Shown: piece by piece, positions 29,692 through 41,464 of the stretch
How the letters are laid out: the number at the start of each line of letters is the position of its first letter
How positions within the stretch are numbered: position 1 is the first letter of the stretch
DNA from: Candidatus Wolfebacteria bacterium GW2011_GWB1_47_1
Lineage (GTDB): Bacteria; Patescibacteriota; Minisyncoccia; UBA6257; UBA9933
Assembly (NCBI GenBank): GCA_001029635.1
Contig: CP011209.1
Coordinates: 551,774 to 615,773 of the forward strand
Direction of reading: 5' to 3'
Length of the DNA stretch: 64,000 nt
The notes under the pieces: model-generated
What the model saw: the letters and a program-made list of their open reading frames with translations, nothing else
The model's database searches: none
What the model was told of the DNA's origin: nothing
Program-made: the position numbers and the translations under genes

Positions 29692-31569
29692 ATGGCTAAA
29701 ATTCTTGGTATAGATTTAGGAACGACAAACTCCGCGATGGCCATCATTGAGGGTGGCGAACCGCGAGTATTGGAAAATCATGAAGGAAATAGAACAACTC
29801 CGTCGATCGTAGCGATCAGTAAGGCGAATGAACGGCTTGTTGGTTTATTGGCGAAGCGTCAAGGTGTTGTTAACCCGAAAAACACCATCTTTTCGGTAAA
29901 GCGTCTCATTGGGCGTAAGTTTACCGATCCGGAAGTGCAGCATGATAAGGCATGGTTGCCGTTTGAGATGCGCGCGTCGGAATCAGGTGGTGTCGAAGTA
30001 CAGATGGGGGATCGCTGGTACAAACCGGAAGAGATTTCCGCAATGATTCTCGCAAAATTAAAGGCTGACGCGGAAGCGAAGGTTGGAGAAACGATTAATG
30101 AAGTGGTCATTACCGTGCCTGCGTATTTTGACGATTCGCAGCGCCAGGCTACTAAAAACGCCGGTGAAATCGCGGGATTTACCGTGAAGCGTATTATTAA
30201 TGAACCGACGGCAGCAGCGCTCGCCTATGGCTTGAACAAGCAGAAAGCAGAAAAGATTGTAGTATATGATTTTGGTGGTGGAACGTTCGATGTGTCCGTG
30301 CTTGAGATCGGCGATGATGTTGTCGAAGTGTTGGCGACCGGCGGTGATACGCATTTGGGTGGCGATGACTTTGATAAGACGATCATCGAATATCTGGTAC
30401 AGGAATACAAAAAGCAGGATGGTATTGATCTTTCCGGAGATGCACTCGCATTGCAGCGCTTGAAGGAGGTTGCCGAGCGTGCAAAACATGAATTATCTAC
30501 CGCGTTCGAGACGGAAATCAATATTCCGTATATCACATCGGATGCATCGGGACCACGGCATTTTCTCATGAAGATGACCCGTGCAAAGCTCGAAGAACTC
30601 GTTGGTCCGCATATCGAGAAGTCTATCTCGATCGTACAAAAGATCGTCAAGGATGCTGGATTGCAGATCGGGGACATTAATGAAGTAGTCCTTGTCGGAG
30701 GGCAGATTCGAATGCCGAAGATCCATGAAGCGGTAAAGAACCTGTTTGGGAAAGAACCTCATAAGGGTATTAATCCGGATGAAGTTGTTGCGATCGGTGC
30801 CGCCGTGCAGGCGGGCATCTTCCAAGGCGATGTTAAGGACGTACTTTTGCTTGACGTCACGCCACTTTCGTTCGGAATCGAAACGATGGGCGGCGTGTTT
30901 ACTCCGTTGATCGAAAAGAACACGACTATCCCGACGCAGAAATCTCAGGTTTTTTCGACCGCTGCGGATAATCAGACTTCCGTTGAAATCCATATCCTGC
31001 AGGGTGAGCGCCCTATGGCATCTGATAACAAGACACTCGGCAAATTTATGCTTGATGGTATCCCGCCGGCACCGCGCGGCATTCCGCAGGTTGAGGTTTC
31101 TCTTGATATTGATGCGAATGGCATCCTGAACGTATCGGCCAAGGATAAGGCGACCGGCAAGGTGCAGTCCGTCCGCATCGAGGCGTCAACACAGCTATCC
31201 AAAGAAGAGATAGAAACGTTAAAGCAGGAGGCGGCCGTGCATGCTGAAGAAGATGCAAAAAAACGTCTTTTGATCGAAGCGCGTAACCATGCCGAACAAC
31301 TTGTTTATACTGCGGAAAAATCCCTCAAGGATGCGGGCGATAAGATCGGTGATGATATCAAAAGGTCAGTACAGGAGGCGATTGATGCGTTAAAGACTGT
31401 TAACAATAGCGATGACGCGGAAGCCATTGCGGCGAAAACTGAAGTGCTTTCGACCGAACTTCAAAAAATAGGTTCTGCGATGTATAATCAAGGAGATGCA
31501 TCATCACAGCCGAACGCGGCTGATGATACTCCTAACGAAGGAGAACCAACCACCAATGAATCCAATTGA
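29692..31569 (+). CDS. dnaK: Chaperone DnaK
   Basis: [23 protein letters not shown] and GIPPAPRG. Confidence 0.99.
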   Translation: MAKILGIDLGTTNSAMAIIEGGEPRVLENHEGNRTTPSIVAISKANERLVGLLAKRQGVVNPKNTIFSVKRLIGRKFTDPEVQHDKAWLPFEMRASESGGVEVQMGDRWYKPEEISAMILAKLKADAEAKVGETINEVVITVPAYFDDSQRQATKNAGEIAGFTVKRIINEPTAAALAYGLNKQKAEKIVVYDFGGGTFDVSVLEIGDDVVEVLATGGDTHLGGDDFDKTIIEYLVQEYKKQDGIDLSGDALALQRLKEVAERAKHELSTAFETEINIPYITSDASGPRHFLMKMTRAKLEELVGPHIEKSISIVQKIVKDAGLQIGDINEVVLVGGQIRMPKIHEAVKNLFGKEPHKGINPDEVVAIGAAVQAGIFQGDVKDVLLLDVTPLSFGIETMGGVFTPLIEKNTTIPTQKSQVFSTAADNQTSVEIHILQGERPMASDNKTLGKFMLDGIPPAPRGIPQVEVSLDIDANGILNVSAKDKATGKVQSVRIEASTQLSKEEIETLKQEAAVHAEEDAKKRLLIEARNHAEQLVYTAEKSLKDAGDKIGDDIKRSVQEAIDALKTVNNSDDAEAIAAKTEVLSTELQKIGSAMYNQGDASSQPNAADDTPNEGEPTTNESN

Positions 31570-32542
31570 TGTAAACAGGAATGTCGATATGATCGGCATA
31601 AAGGGATTGATAAAGATCGGGGCGCTTACATTTGTAGGCGTCCTTTTCGCACTTGGCTTTAGCTGGTTCTTTCGCTCTTTTTTGTTAGGGAGCGAATGGG
31701 GGCAACTCATCTGGAGCATGGCCTGCGCGATCGGCTATTTGGTTGTCTTCACCCTGCAAACATTCTTTATTCGCGCAAACACGCATTTTGCAGTCGCGTT
31801 TCTTTTGCAATGCATTGCCTTACTCGGATTCTTCATTACAATCACTACGCCCGTTATGATACTGTTTGCCGTGGTTTATGCATTACTTCTGAGTGCAAGC
31901 TTTGGCGGAAGGAAGATTTTGGAGAACACGCTTAAAATAGATTTTTGGAACATCAGCAAATTGATCGTACCTAAGGGGATCATCGCGTTGACACTTTTAA
32001 TCAGCGTATTTATTCCATTACATTTACAGGCGAACAAGGATGTGCTTCCGCTTTCAATAGCCACGTTCGACAAAGTCCTTGTCTCGAGTAATGTTTTTGT
32101 TAAGCGATTCTATCAGGATTATGATCCATCGAAGAGTGTCGAAGAAATCGCTCGAACTACGACGGAGCAGCAACTTGCCGCAATCCCACAGGCACAAAAT
32201 CTCAAACCGGTAGAGCGTGAGATTTTGATCAAGCGGGCCATGAACGATTTCTACGAGCAGATCTTCAGCTATACGGGCGTTACGATTAATCCTAAAGACC
32301 CATTTTCCAAAGCGGCCTATGGCATCCTAGAGGAGAAGTTTAACGGATTGAAGGACGAGGCAAAGCTATGGATCTATATCATATTTGGGAGTATCATCTT
32401 TATTTCGATCGCCAGTATCATGCTCCCGATCCGGATACTTGTCGGATTGCTTGCCTTCTTCTTTTATGAAACACTGCTTGCACTTGGGTTCGCGCATGTT
32501 ACGATAGAGAGTAGGCCTAAGGAGACAATTATATTAGACTGA
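31556..32542 (+). CDS. Multi-pass membrane hypothetical protein
   Basis: About 6 hydrophobic segments with a soluble loop; overlaps the dnaK stop. Confidence 0.75.
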   Translation: MNPIDVNRNVDMIGIKGLIKIGALTFVGVLFALGFSWFFRSFLLGSEWGQLIWSMACAIGYLVVFTLQTFFIRANTHFAVAFLLQCIALLGFFITITTPVMILFAVVYALLLSASFGGRKILENTLKIDFWNISKLIVPKGIIALTLLISVFIPLHLQANKDVLPLSIATFDKVLVSSNVFVKRFYQDYDPSKSVEEIARTTTEQQLAAIPQAQNLKPVEREILIKRAMNDFYEQIFSYTGVTINPKDPFSKAAYGILEEKFNGLKDEAKLWIYIIFGSIIFISIASIMLPIRILVGLLAFFFYETLLALGFAHVTIESRPKETIILD

Positions 32543-32547
32543 GTCAA

Positions 32548-32672
32548 AAAAACGAATAGGGACGGCGATTTACTGTATTGTGGGGTCCTATCAGCTTGGT
32601 CGGCGTATACGTAATACGACTCCCTCGCTGATTTTCCCACGCCTTGCAACTCATCCGTCCCCATTCGTTTTT
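32548..32672. repeat. Structured intergenic element, copy B
   Basis: 18-bp terminal inverted repeat with one mismatch, and a core homologous to copies A and C. Confidence 0.75.
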
Positions 32673-32691
32673 ATTAGTAACGTATTATATT

Positions 32692-33801
32692 ATGAGTAAC
32701 GATTATTACAAAATTTTGGGCGTTGAAAAGGGCGCTTCCGATGACGATATCAAGAAGGCATATCGAAAACTCGCCCATCAATTTCATCCCGACAAAAAGG
32801 GCGGAGATGAGCAAAAGTTCAAGGAAATCAACGAGGCGTATCAGACCTTATCCAATAAAGATAAGCGTGCGCAGTATGATCGTTTCGGCAAGTCGTTTGA
32901 TGGGGGTGCGGGAGGGTCTGGTGGCTTTGGTGGCTTTAACCAGGGAGGTTTTGGGTTTGATTTTCAGGGTGGTGATTTTGGCGACCTGGGTGATATCTTC
33001 GAGGCTTTTTTTGAAGGCATGGGCGGACAGCAAAAGCGCCGTACGTATGCGCATGGGGCTGACATGGAGATGACGCAGGAGATTACACTTGAAGAGGCAT
33101 ACAAGGGGATCGAAAAAACGATCACTTACGCGCTTAATGTGCAGTGCGCTACTTGTAGCGGCCTTGGACATGATGCAAAGGCAACTTTTTCGCAGTGTAA
33201 GAAGTGTGACGGACGTGGCGAGGTCCGCGAGACACGCAGTACTTTTTTTGGTAATTTTGCCCAGGTGCGAACCTGCGCCGACTGTCATGGTGTTGGACAG
33301 ATACCCGACAAACGCTGTGTGTCCTGTGGCGGCACGGGTGTAACCAAGGGTAAAAAATCGATTACCGTCAAGATATTGCCGGGAGTTGGCGATGGTCAGA
33401 TTATTAAAATGACCGGCGGTGGGGAGGCTGGACAGCGAGGTTCCCAGGAGGGCGATCTTTATTTACATATTCGGGTCAAGCCGCACGCAACCTTTGTGCG
33501 TCAGGATGATCATCTCATCCTTGAGAAAGAAGTTACCCTAGTGGGGCTTCTTGCCTATTTTGCCGATGCCGATGCGCATCCGATATTCGCTCCGACCATT
33601 GCGGGCAAGCAGCAGAATCTTGCCATCCCGCGCGATTTCATGTTCAATAAGCCGCTAAAGATCGCAGGCGAGGGTATGCCGCATTTTAACCGTATGGGGA
33701 GAGGCGATCTGTATGTGCATTTTAAAATCGCCACGCCGCATAAGCTGAGTAAGGAGGCAAAGCGTCTGGTTAAGGAACTTATGCAGGATCTCGAGGCATA
33801 A
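32692..33801 (+). CDS. dnaJ: Chaperone DnaJ
   Basis: J-domain HPD, G/F region and four CxxCxGxG repeats. Confidence 0.97.
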   Translation: MSNDYYKILGVEKGASDDDIKKAYRKLAHQFHPDKKGGDEQKFKEINEAYQTLSNKDKRAQYDRFGKSFDGGAGGSGGFGGFNQGGFGFDFQGGDFGDLGDIFEAFFEGMGGQQKRRTYAHGADMEMTQEITLEEAYKGIEKTITYALNVQCATCSGLGHDAKATFSQCKKCDGRGEVRETRSTFFGNFAQVRTCADCHGVGQIPDKRCVSCGGTGVTKGKKSITVKILPGVGDGQIIKMTGGGEAGQRGSQEGDLYLHIRVKPHATFVRQDDHLILEKEVTLVGLLAYFADADAHPIFAPTIAGKQQNLAIPRDFMFNKPLKIAGEGMPHFNRMGRGDLYVHFKIATPHKLSKEAKRLVKELMQDLEA

Positions 33802-33827
33802 CGTATTCGAATCGCACTGACCTTCGT

Positions 33828-34286
33828 ATGAGAAAGGAAACACTCAGATTTATCGTCTTTATCGCAATTCTTTTTATTGCAAGCACTTTGCAGTTTTTGA
33901 GTGTATCTATTTTTGGGATCATTCCCAATTTTGTACTGGCTACGATCGTTGCCGCAACCTTGTTTCTGGGAGATGTTTGGCATGAACTTTTTTTAATCTC
34001 CGTTGCCCTATTTCTTTTGAAGTTTTCTCCTGTCATCGAGCGTGAAATGCTTGCGCTGTTTGCCGTGATGCTTCTCGTGATTGTTCTTGAGCGACGACTG
34101 CCATGGCATATGTTTATCAATGGGATTTTTTTGACGGTCTTTTCCGTCGCATCACTCTATATACTCATAGATGTTCGCTCGATTACCTCACTTATGTTCG
34201 CGCAGGAATTGGTGTATACTTTAGTATTAGTGTCAGTCATATATTATGGGCTCACTTCATTGCGCCTGTTTCGCAATACACGCTGA
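33828..34286 (+). CDS. MreD-like membrane protein
   Basis: 152 aa, very hydrophobic, with an LQ...IFGIIPNFVL N-terminal pattern typical of MreD. Confidence 0.6.
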   Translation: MRKETLRFIVFIAILFIASTLQFLSVSIFGIIPNFVLATIVAATLFLGDVWHELFLISVALFLLKFSPVIEREMLALFAVMLLVIVLERRLPWHMFINGIFLTVFSVASLYILIDVRSITSLMFAQELVYTLVLVSVIYYGLTSLRLFRNTR

Positions 34287-34299
34287 CTTATCATCTGAT

Positions 34300-34965
34300 A
34301 TGGAAACCCAATATCACGAACTTACCGATGCATTGATTCAGGACGGCTACCTCAAGACAGGCGAGATTATTGAGGCATTTGAGCAGATCGATCGCGCTGA
34401 TTTTGTCCCCGAGGATCAGCGGGAATACGCATACGCCAATACACCATTGTCTATTGGTTTTAATCAAACCATTTCGCAGCCACTTTCCGTGGCTTTTATG
34501 CTTGAATTACTGGAAGTAAAACCGGGAGAGCGAGTTCTTGATATCGGTTCGGGTACCGGATGGCAGGCTGCCATTCTTGCTCAGATTGTCGGTAAAAAAA
34601 CGTCTGAAGGAGACGATGGAGAAGCATCGCGTGGTTCGGTTGTTGCCGTGGAACGGATTCCTGAACTGAAGACTGCATCCGAAGCAAGCCTTGATCGATA
34701 TGGATTCATCGGGCAGGGAGTTGTGACTGTTGTATTGGGTGATGGGACTAAAGGATATAAAAAATCTGCCCCTTACGATAAGATCATTGCCGCTGCGAGT
34801 TCCGAGGGCGATGTTCCAGTCGCATGGAAGCGTCAGCTTAAGATCGGTGGACGCATCGTTGCCCCTGTTGGCAGTAGTATCGTCGTCATCGATAAGATCT
34901 CAAAAACAAAATATACAAAGAAAGAACATTTTGGATTCAGCTTCTCACCGCTAACCGTTTCCTGA
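34300..34965 (+). CDS. pcm: Protein-L-isoaspartate O-methyltransferase
   Basis: QTISQP, VLDIGSGTGW, APYDKII and QLKIGGRIVAPVG. Confidence 0.93.
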   Translation: METQYHELTDALIQDGYLKTGEIIEAFEQIDRADFVPEDQREYAYANTPLSIGFNQTISQPLSVAFMLELLEVKPGERVLDIGSGTGWQAAILAQIVGKKTSEGDDGEASRGSVVAVERIPELKTASEASLDRYGFIGQGVVTVVLGDGTKGYKKSAPYDKIIAAASSEGDVPVAWKRQLKIGGRIVAPVGSSIVVIDKISKTKYTKKEHFGFSFSPLTVS

Positions 34966-34989
34966 TTATATTTACACTCGTCAATCGCC

Positions 34990-37900
34990 ATGGAAAAAAA
35001 GAACCTCTCACCAAAATCACATCTTGAATTATTGATTCCCGATAAGAAGCATAAAAAGCAGAAGGAAGATGCTGTTCCGCATGGATTCACCGAGGAAGAT
35101 ATTATCCGCAATGAAGCATGGCATGGCAAAAATCCTGCAACTCAGGGAGCCGAGCTACCAAAGCATCGCGCAACGGTGTATTCGTTTGAAGAGACCCGTA
35201 TCCGAAAGACGGCAAATGAATCGCACAATTCTCAAGGGACTGAAGGAGGTGAGCAACGACTACTACAAGAAGAACGGACGATGACCACAGTCGAGCTTCG
35301 CGAGGCGCGTGAAGGCGAGGAGCAACAGATCAAAGAGATTGCTCAACGTGTTTTTGAAGGACGCATGCGGGGTGATGCCACGGAAACGATCGATGCGATG
35401 TTGGCCGAAAAGGGTATCAAGCCGTGGTCTCCCGAGGCTGAGGAGTTCATGCGTAAATGGGATTGGGAGCAGGCCGAAAAGGCGTTTGCCGAACTTGCCC
35501 GTAATCGAGAAGAAGCCGTGCTTGCAGTCAATGAGCCTGAACCCAAAAAGCATATCGAGTTACAGGAATACCAGGAAAAATATGTTGACGGGAAATTTGA
35601 AGCATTCAATATCAACCTGAAAAAGCTTCCGCAGGAGCTTAAGGATGAATTCGAAACGTTGACGTATGGACAGCGGCTATTGTTGGCGGAGAATCTCCAG
35701 CAGCTAACACTTGGACGTATTCAAGAGGAAGCGCAGGATCGGTATCAGAAAGCGATTTTGGAAGCGACATTGTTAACGTCAAAATTATTGGGAAGGGTTT
35801 GGCAGGGTGTCAGTAAGAAGTACCAGATCGCGAAGCATGAGCAGTCGACTGCCCTTGATATCAAACAAGGAGGATTAGCATATCATGGTGAATTACTTAA
35901 ACAGCTTATCGACGGAACAAAGCGTACCGGGCTCGATGCGGTTGAAGGGAAGGGTGGCATGTTGGAGCTTCAATACGTTGAGCCACATCCGTTGATGACC
36001 GAGCGTCAAAAGGAGGAGACGAAGGAATTTAATCGGGTTGCGACTCTGTACGGTAAGATTCCCTATGAATGGTCCCTTGCAACGGCAACTTCTTTGCAGA
36101 AGCAAGAATATGAACGGGTTGCCGGGCAGTTTGAAAAGGCAAAAGAACATATTCTAAGAACTGAGCAGGGAATCATTGGCGATGAGCAGACACTTTTGTT
36201 TGTTGCCGACATGGAACATAAAATTCGTTTGAATCAGTTTTTAAACACGCATCCTGACGCGGAGAAGCAGATTGCATCGATCGAATCGGATACGCTATGG
36301 AAGAAGGTGATTGGGAATGTTGCTACCGAGCGAGGAATTTATTTTGGTGCCGGTGTTGCGGCCCGAACATCTGCGATCGGATTGTTTGGCGCGGTTGGTC
36401 TTCCGCTTGCGGCCGTTGGTATGGGGGGCTGGATGGCGCGAAAGCGTGCGGCTGAAATGTTGCGCGACCGCGAACAGGCGGCACGCAAAGGGAAAAGGGA
36501 TATTTCGCGAGACACCAGGACGGTTATGGGAACTGCCAGTACTATGGCGGACAAGATCGATACATTGTTAAAAAAGATCGAGAGCGAAAGTAATGAAGAA
36601 AAACGTGCACAGCTTGTTGCGCTGCTTGATGTCCGATTAATGCATACGGAAGGCAAGGTACGAAAAGGAGCGGTCGACTTTGGTGGACGGGATCATCGTA
36701 TCATCAACCAATATCATTTGAGTGATGCGCTTACCCGAGCGAGTGCGTTTTTGTCTGTCCGCGATGCCGAACTTGGTACTACTCCGGAAACATTTAAGAA
36801 AGATATCGAGCAAGCATTACGCGTCATTGCTCAATCAAAAAATGAAAAGATCTCCCAGGCACAGAAGGATTATTTACGCAAGCAAATGATCTATGGTGCG
36901 GGGTTGGGTATTGGATTCTTTTCTGCCGGCCGGTATGCGCAAGAAATTGTCCATGCCGCCGGTGATCTGGTCAGCCCGTCTGAGGCTCACGCCAGTGCGG
37001 GCGCAGGAGCTTCGCAGTGGGAAGTTCTCGCGCATCAGAAAAATACCCCAGCTGTTTTCGGTGGTCAGGATGCGTTACGTACTACTGCACTTAAAAATAT
37101 CAATGAGATTGCCATCGCAGGGGTACACGAGCGTGGTCCTATCGTATTGGATATTGGTACGCGCGGGCCCGAAGGTGCGTTTATTGATGAGCTGAAGAAA
37201 CATCCGGAAATTGTCGAGCGATTGGGAATTAAAGATATTGGCGGTGAGGCTCATGATGCGTGGACGGAATTCGCAAAGCAGCAATTAAGCAATCCAGATA
37301 CACTCGAACAATTAAAGAAGTTGGGTTATTCGGCGGACGAAAAAGGATACGCCGACATGATGCATCGGATCGCAAAGGGCAAGATTCTCCTCGAAGAGCG
37401 CGATGGAAAACTGCTTATGCATATGGATGAGCATACGGAATATCTCAAGTCACGGCCCAAAGGGACGATGCTTAAAGAAGTTATTGCTCCTCGAGAAGCA
37501 GTGCCGGCTGATATCCCGAACGAGCCACAGATCCTTGACGAGCTTCTTTCTGCCAGTACGCAGACGATCCCGATGTCCGAAGAACATATTGCCTCCGAGA
37601 ACATTGTGGAAGAAATTCCTAATCCACAGGAGGATGCGGCTGAAACGATCCGGAGGCAGCCGAGCGAGGGGATTCTTTCATTGTTAGGCAGTACCCCGCG
37701 TCCATCTGTCGAGGTGTTTGTCGATGGACAATTCGGTTTAGATGGTGCGGAATATGGCGCGATCAAGAGAGTAAAAGTAGAGACGTTACTAAAGCAAATC
37801 CCTTCGCGTGACGAAGCGTGGGCGATCTGGAGGGGCGATGTTCCGGGTAAAGAGATAACGCTTCCGCATGATGGGATCTATGGCGCGGTTGAGTTCAAAA

Positions 37901-38526
37901 AGCATATTGATCTTGCAGAGCATATTCGGGGGTTGCATCCCGACGATGCCGAAATGCAAGGGGATGTAGATGCATTTATGAAGGCTGCAATTCGCAATAC
38001 ATCACCTAATGAACCCGAACAAGTACTTGAAGCGCGCGAAGTTATCGGGGATACGCTTCCGGTATCCGAAGTGACTAAAGAAGGAGGCATACTGCCTGAT
38101 TCATCATATGTGGATGTTATGCCTGAAGCGATCTCTGTAGCTAAGCCGATTGGTGTGGAGGATATACCGACCGTACCTCAGGTACTGGAAGATGTTTCGA
38201 CCGAACCACAGCCTATGGACGCCATTCCGGGTGTTGAAAAAATGATCGATTCGAATCGATTGGCATTACTCGAAGACGATATTTATAACAGCAAGATGCC
38301 GGTGCAAAAGATTATTACGCATTACAAGGTGGGGAATATTACTGCGGAAGACCTGCAAAATTTCTATAGTCAAAAAGTTGCGGGTGGGGCAAAGTCATCC
38401 CCGGAACTTATCGATGGTATGCGAACCACAATGCGGCATGCCGCAGGAGAGGGAACTCCTCAACAGCAGCTTATGGCAAAACGCACGCTTGAATTAATTA
38501 TTAGGCGCTTACAAGGTATTACATAA
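34990..38526 (+). CDS. Large hypothetical protein, helical, with two Gly/Ala-rich hydrophobic segments and an acidic C-terminal half
   Basis: 1178-aa uninterrupted ORF followed by a terminator at about 38533-38565. Confidence 0.8.
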   Translation: MEKKNLSPKSHLELLIPDKKHKKQKEDAVPHGFTEEDIIRNEAWHGKNPATQGAELPKHRATVYSFEETRIRKTANESHNSQGTEGGEQRLLQEERTMTTVELREAREGEEQQIKEIAQRVFEGRMRGDATETIDAMLAEKGIKPWSPEAEEFMRKWDWEQAEKAFAELARNREEAVLAVNEPEPKKHIELQEYQEKYVDGKFEAFNINLKKLPQELKDEFETLTYGQRLLLAENLQQLTLGRIQEEAQDRYQKAILEATLLTSKLLGRVWQGVSKKYQIAKHEQSTALDIKQGGLAYHGELLKQLIDGTKRTGLDAVEGKGGMLELQYVEPHPLMTERQKEETKEFNRVATLYGKIPYEWSLATATSLQKQEYERVAGQFEKAKEHILRTEQGIIGDEQTLLFVADMEHKIRLNQFLNTHPDAEKQIASIESDTLWKKVIGNVATERGIYFGAGVAARTSAIGLFGAVGLPLAAVGMGGWMARKRAAEMLRDREQAARKGKRDISRDTRTVMGTASTMADKIDTLLKKIESESNEEKRAQLVALLDVRLMHTEGKVRKGAVDFGGRDHRIINQYHLSDALTRASAFLSVRDAELGTTPETFKKDIEQALRVIAQSKNEKISQAQKDYLRKQMIYGAGLGIGFFSAGRYAQEIVHAAGDLVSPSEAHASAGAGASQWEVLAHQKNTPAVFGGQDALRTTALKNINEIAIAGVHERGPIVLDIGTRGPEGAFIDELKKHPEIVERLGIKDIGGEAHDAWTEFAKQQLSNPDTLEQLKKLGYSADEKGYADMMHRIAKGKILLEERDGKLLMHMDEHTEYLKSRPKGTMLKEVIAPREAVPADIPNEPQILDELLSASTQTIPMSEEHIASENIVEEIPNPQEDAAETIRRQPSEGILSLLGSTPRPSVEVFVDGQFGLDGAEYGAIKRVKVETLLKQIPSRDEAWAIWRGDVPGKEITLPHDGIYGAVEFKKHIDLAEHIRGLHPDDAEMQGDVDAFMKAAIRNTSPNEPEQVLEAREVIGDTLPVSEVTKEGGILPDSSYVDVMPEAISVAKPIGVEDIPTVPQVLEDVSTEPQPMDAIPGVEKMIDSNRLALLEDDIYNSKMPVQKIITHYKVGNITAEDLQNFYSQKVAGGAKSSPELIDGMRTTMRHAAGEGTPQQQLMAKRTLELIIRRLQGIT

Positions 38527-38662
38527 ACCTTAAAAAGGAGTCCGTCTGGTTGACGAGCTCCTTTTTATTTTTCTTGACATATTTATAAAAATATGTTAAA
38601 TAATACGAGGTACTTCACAAGAATTATTCAACCAATTAACTAACGGAATATAGGGGGCTCAG

Positions 38663-39697
38663 ATGAAGCGATGGATGTTGCTCGTGGTATTGGCTGCCGT
38701 TTGTGGGGGATGTGCAAGCGTTCCCAAAACGGTCTCGTACACGGACTATGTATGGACGGAGGTGGAAGAACAACAGCCTCCGATCCAGACTATCGTTCCA
38801 AACGATGACTTCGTACCCGTAGAGGCTGAAGTCGTCCAACCGGTAAAAGAAACCGTGACGCAGGCTATTATGCCTACCGAATTTCCCGAGCCGAAAAAGG
38901 ACCGAAAGTATCACCGGATTGGAGGCCCGAATGCCTTCAATACAAACCGGGCGCCCAAGCCGGATGAGATCCGAATTGTGCTTTCCAAAGATGCGTTCGC
39001 GATCATCGACGATCGTAACAACAAGCTTTGGCAGGCATGGCTTCGCGCGGGGACGTGGACATACGCCGCACCGACCAGTGACCCTAATTTTTATCGGGTT
39101 ACCTGGGTCGAGGAGTGTGGTAATAGTGTCCTCAACCCCGACCACATCGCGATCTATGTCCGAGTACGGCGTGAACGCGCTGTACAGCAACCGGTGGAAA
39201 AGAAGGTGGCTGTTGCGCCATTCAAGCTGGTGCAGGTCCCTCAACCGCCGAAGAAGCGGTGGGTTTCGACGCCGGTCACGCGTACGCGTGAACTGACCTG
39301 TCGTGAACGCAAGTCCGGCTGGGGATCTGTGATCGGCGGAGCTCTGGGAGTGGGTGTAGGTATTCTAACCCGCAATAAGGGAATCGCCGCCGTGGCTGGC
39401 GCCGGGGGTACGCTCATCGGCAGCTGGATCGATGGGGGATGTGTAGATTCTGGCGAAGCGGCCCAGGCCATCGGCTTTGGGGCTCTTGGCTACGGACTTA
39501 CCAAGGAGAAAGTTCGACATCACCAGCCGGCGTCGCCATCCTCAGGTGGCCCCGCGCCTCCACCTCCGAATGGACCTTCCATTCCGCCTTCATCGGGCGG
39601 TGGCGGTCCCGCTCCGCTTCCGGCAAACGGCCCGGCCTACTTCAACGGGGGCGCGCCTATCGCTCCTGCCGGACCCACCTTTCTTCCGTTTAATTGA
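38663..39697 (+). CDS. Putative lipoprotein with glycine zipper and Pro-rich tail (orphan cassette)
   Basis: MKRWMLLVVLAAVCGGC signal/lipobox-like sequence, GGALGVGVG...GAGGTLIG and PAPPPPNGP repeats. TTGACA at about 38575. Confidence 0.75.
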   Translation: MKRWMLLVVLAAVCGGCASVPKTVSYTDYVWTEVEEQQPPIQTIVPNDDFVPVEAEVVQPVKETVTQAIMPTEFPEPKKDRKYHRIGGPNAFNTNRAPKPDEIRIVLSKDAFAIIDDRNNKLWQAWLRAGTWTYAAPTSDPNFYRVTWVEECGNSVLNPDHIAIYVRVRRERAVQQPVEKKVAVAPFKLVQVPQPPKKRWVSTPVTRTRELTCRERKSGWGSVIGGALGVGVGILTRNKGIAAVAGAGGTLIGSWIDGGCVDSGEAAQAIGFGALGYGLTKEKVRHHQPASPSSGGPAPPPPNGPSIPPSSGGGGPAPLPANGPAYFNGGAPIAPAGPTFLPFN

Positions 39698-39863
39698 TTT
39701 ATTCTATCGTGAGGCGAGTCTTGCGCTTGCCTCACGCTTCTTTTTAAGGACCGTATCATTAGATAGGGACTTTCAAAAGGGGTGTTATCGTCATCCGCAT
39801 GCATGTGTATATACTTGCATGAATCATATTCATATATTATTTTATCAGCTTAGTATCATTCAT

Positions 39864-41357
39864 ATGACCACCATCATAAAAAAAATAACGGTCGTATTCC
39901 TTGCATTGTTTATGGTTGCCGGAATGGCCGCTCCGTCTGCGACCGCACTTGCGGCGACATTTAACAATGACAGCCGCGATTATGCAACGTTGCAGGTTTC
40001 AAACTACACCCGTAACCCGGGCAGCAATAGTAATTGGTCTAACTCCGTATCCGCAAGCGCAGGCGAAGTCGTCAGCTTCCTGGTGTATTACCACAACACT
40101 GCATCCGACACGGCAAGCAACACCCGTATCCGCGTGCAACTTCCGTCGGGAGCATTTACGAACCGTACGGTTACTGGAGAGGTTTTTTCCTTAACTACTT
40201 CTACCGTAAATGGTTCCGCATCAATCAATCTGTCGTCAAATCAGACGCTGACTTTTATTCCAGGAAGCGTGAGTTGGTATCCGAACCAGTCAACCGTTTC
40301 TCAAACATTGCCGAACGGACAGAACGGCAGTGAAATCGTCTCCTCCAATGGTGTTCTTATTGGAGATATTGCAGGAGGATGGGGTGCGCAAGGATATATT
40401 GTATTTCGCGCGCAGGTGAGTTCCGGTAGTCAGTCGATAGTAGTCAATTCCTCGACTAATGCGCGTAGTCCGTATGTCACCACACGCGCAGCTTCTTCTG
40501 TGTCCCGTTCAAGCGTATTATTGCGTGGGGCAATAAACCCTAACGGGACACTTACTACTGGATGGTTTGAATATGGTGTGACTCCTTCTCTTGGTAGAAC
40601 GACAATCGTTCAGCCTATGGGGCAATCTCAGTACTCGAACGCGTATTCTTCCGTTTTGAGCGGCTTGCAGGCAGGTACGACCTATTATTATCGGGCTGCT
40701 GCTCAGAATTCCTATGGCACGGCGCGCGGGCATATCCTTAGCTTTACGACATCGGGAGGTGTAGTTGCGCAGATTGCTCCGCGCACAATCGTTCAACGTA
40801 CTGCAACCGTTCGTTCGGAAGCGGTCACTATAGGGGATGATGCATTGATCATACTTGATCCATCTATTGATGTCGTTCGGCCTAATGCTGGAGACACGAT
40901 CACCTATACGATCATCTATAAAAACAAAACTAATACGGCATTGCGCGATGCACAATTGAGTATCGTTCTTCCGGAAGATATTGTGTATAGAGAAGCTTCC
41001 GTCGATCCAACCTCGGTTACTGATGGGCAAATCGCATTTAATCTCGGCACTATTGCTGCCCGAGAATCCGGATCCATTGATATTACTTTAATGATAAGCG
41101 AGGCGGTGCGTGCGAATGATTCTTTTTCGATCAATGCATTATTGGATTACGCCAATGGACGTGGCGATATGCAAACGGTAAGCGCCTATCTTGTATTCTT
41201 GGTAAATGATGGAACTGCCGGGTTAGCATCACTTTCGAGCGTTTTCGGGGGGTTGCTTGATAACTGGTTCATTGATCTGGTCCTCGGATTGATCATCGGA
41301 TTTGGTATCTATCATTTCTTCGTTCGACAGAAAGATGAAGTGCTATTGGTAAAATAA
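39864..41357 (+). CDS. Secreted surface protein paralog 1: shared N-domain + 1 FN3-like repeat + DUF11-like domain + C-terminal TM
   Basis: True start ATG 39864 (MTTIIKK signal peptide), one NPNG..WFEYG...YYYRA.AQN.YG repeat, GDTITYTIIYKN domain and a TM tail. Confidence 0.85.
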   Translation: MTTIIKKITVVFLALFMVAGMAAPSATALAATFNNDSRDYATLQVSNYTRNPGSNSNWSNSVSASAGEVVSFLVYYHNTASDTASNTRIRVQLPSGAFTNRTVTGEVFSLTTSTVNGSASINLSSNQTLTFIPGSVSWYPNQSTVSQTLPNGQNGSEIVSSNGVLIGDIAGGWGAQGYIVFRAQVSSGSQSIVVNSSTNARSPYVTTRAASSVSRSSVLLRGAINPNGTLTTGWFEYGVTPSLGRTTIVQPMGQSQYSNAYSSVLSGLQAGTTYYYRAAAQNSYGTARGHILSFTTSGGVVAQIAPRTIVQRTATVRSEAVTIGDDALIILDPSIDVVRPNAGDTITYTIIYKNKTNTALRDAQLSIVLPEDIVYREASVDPTSVTDGQIAFNLGTIAARESGSIDITLMISEAVRANDSFSINALLDYANGRGDMQTVSAYLVFLVNDGTAGLASLSSVFGGLLDNWFIDLVLGLIIGFGIYHFFVRQKDEVLLVK

Positions 41358-41464
41358 TATGTTTCCCATAAAACAGCTCCTCTCGGGTGAGCTGTTTTAG
41401 CTAAAAGGGGGTCGATTATTGTTTTAATAACATCCTCGCAAGCTAATCAATAAAAATCATCATC

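Noticed and set aside
39477-39863. N-terminal 129 aa of the 626-aa ORF in the track
   Set aside because: It overlaps the upstream gene and its terminator; the paralogs show the true start is MTTIIKK at 39864.
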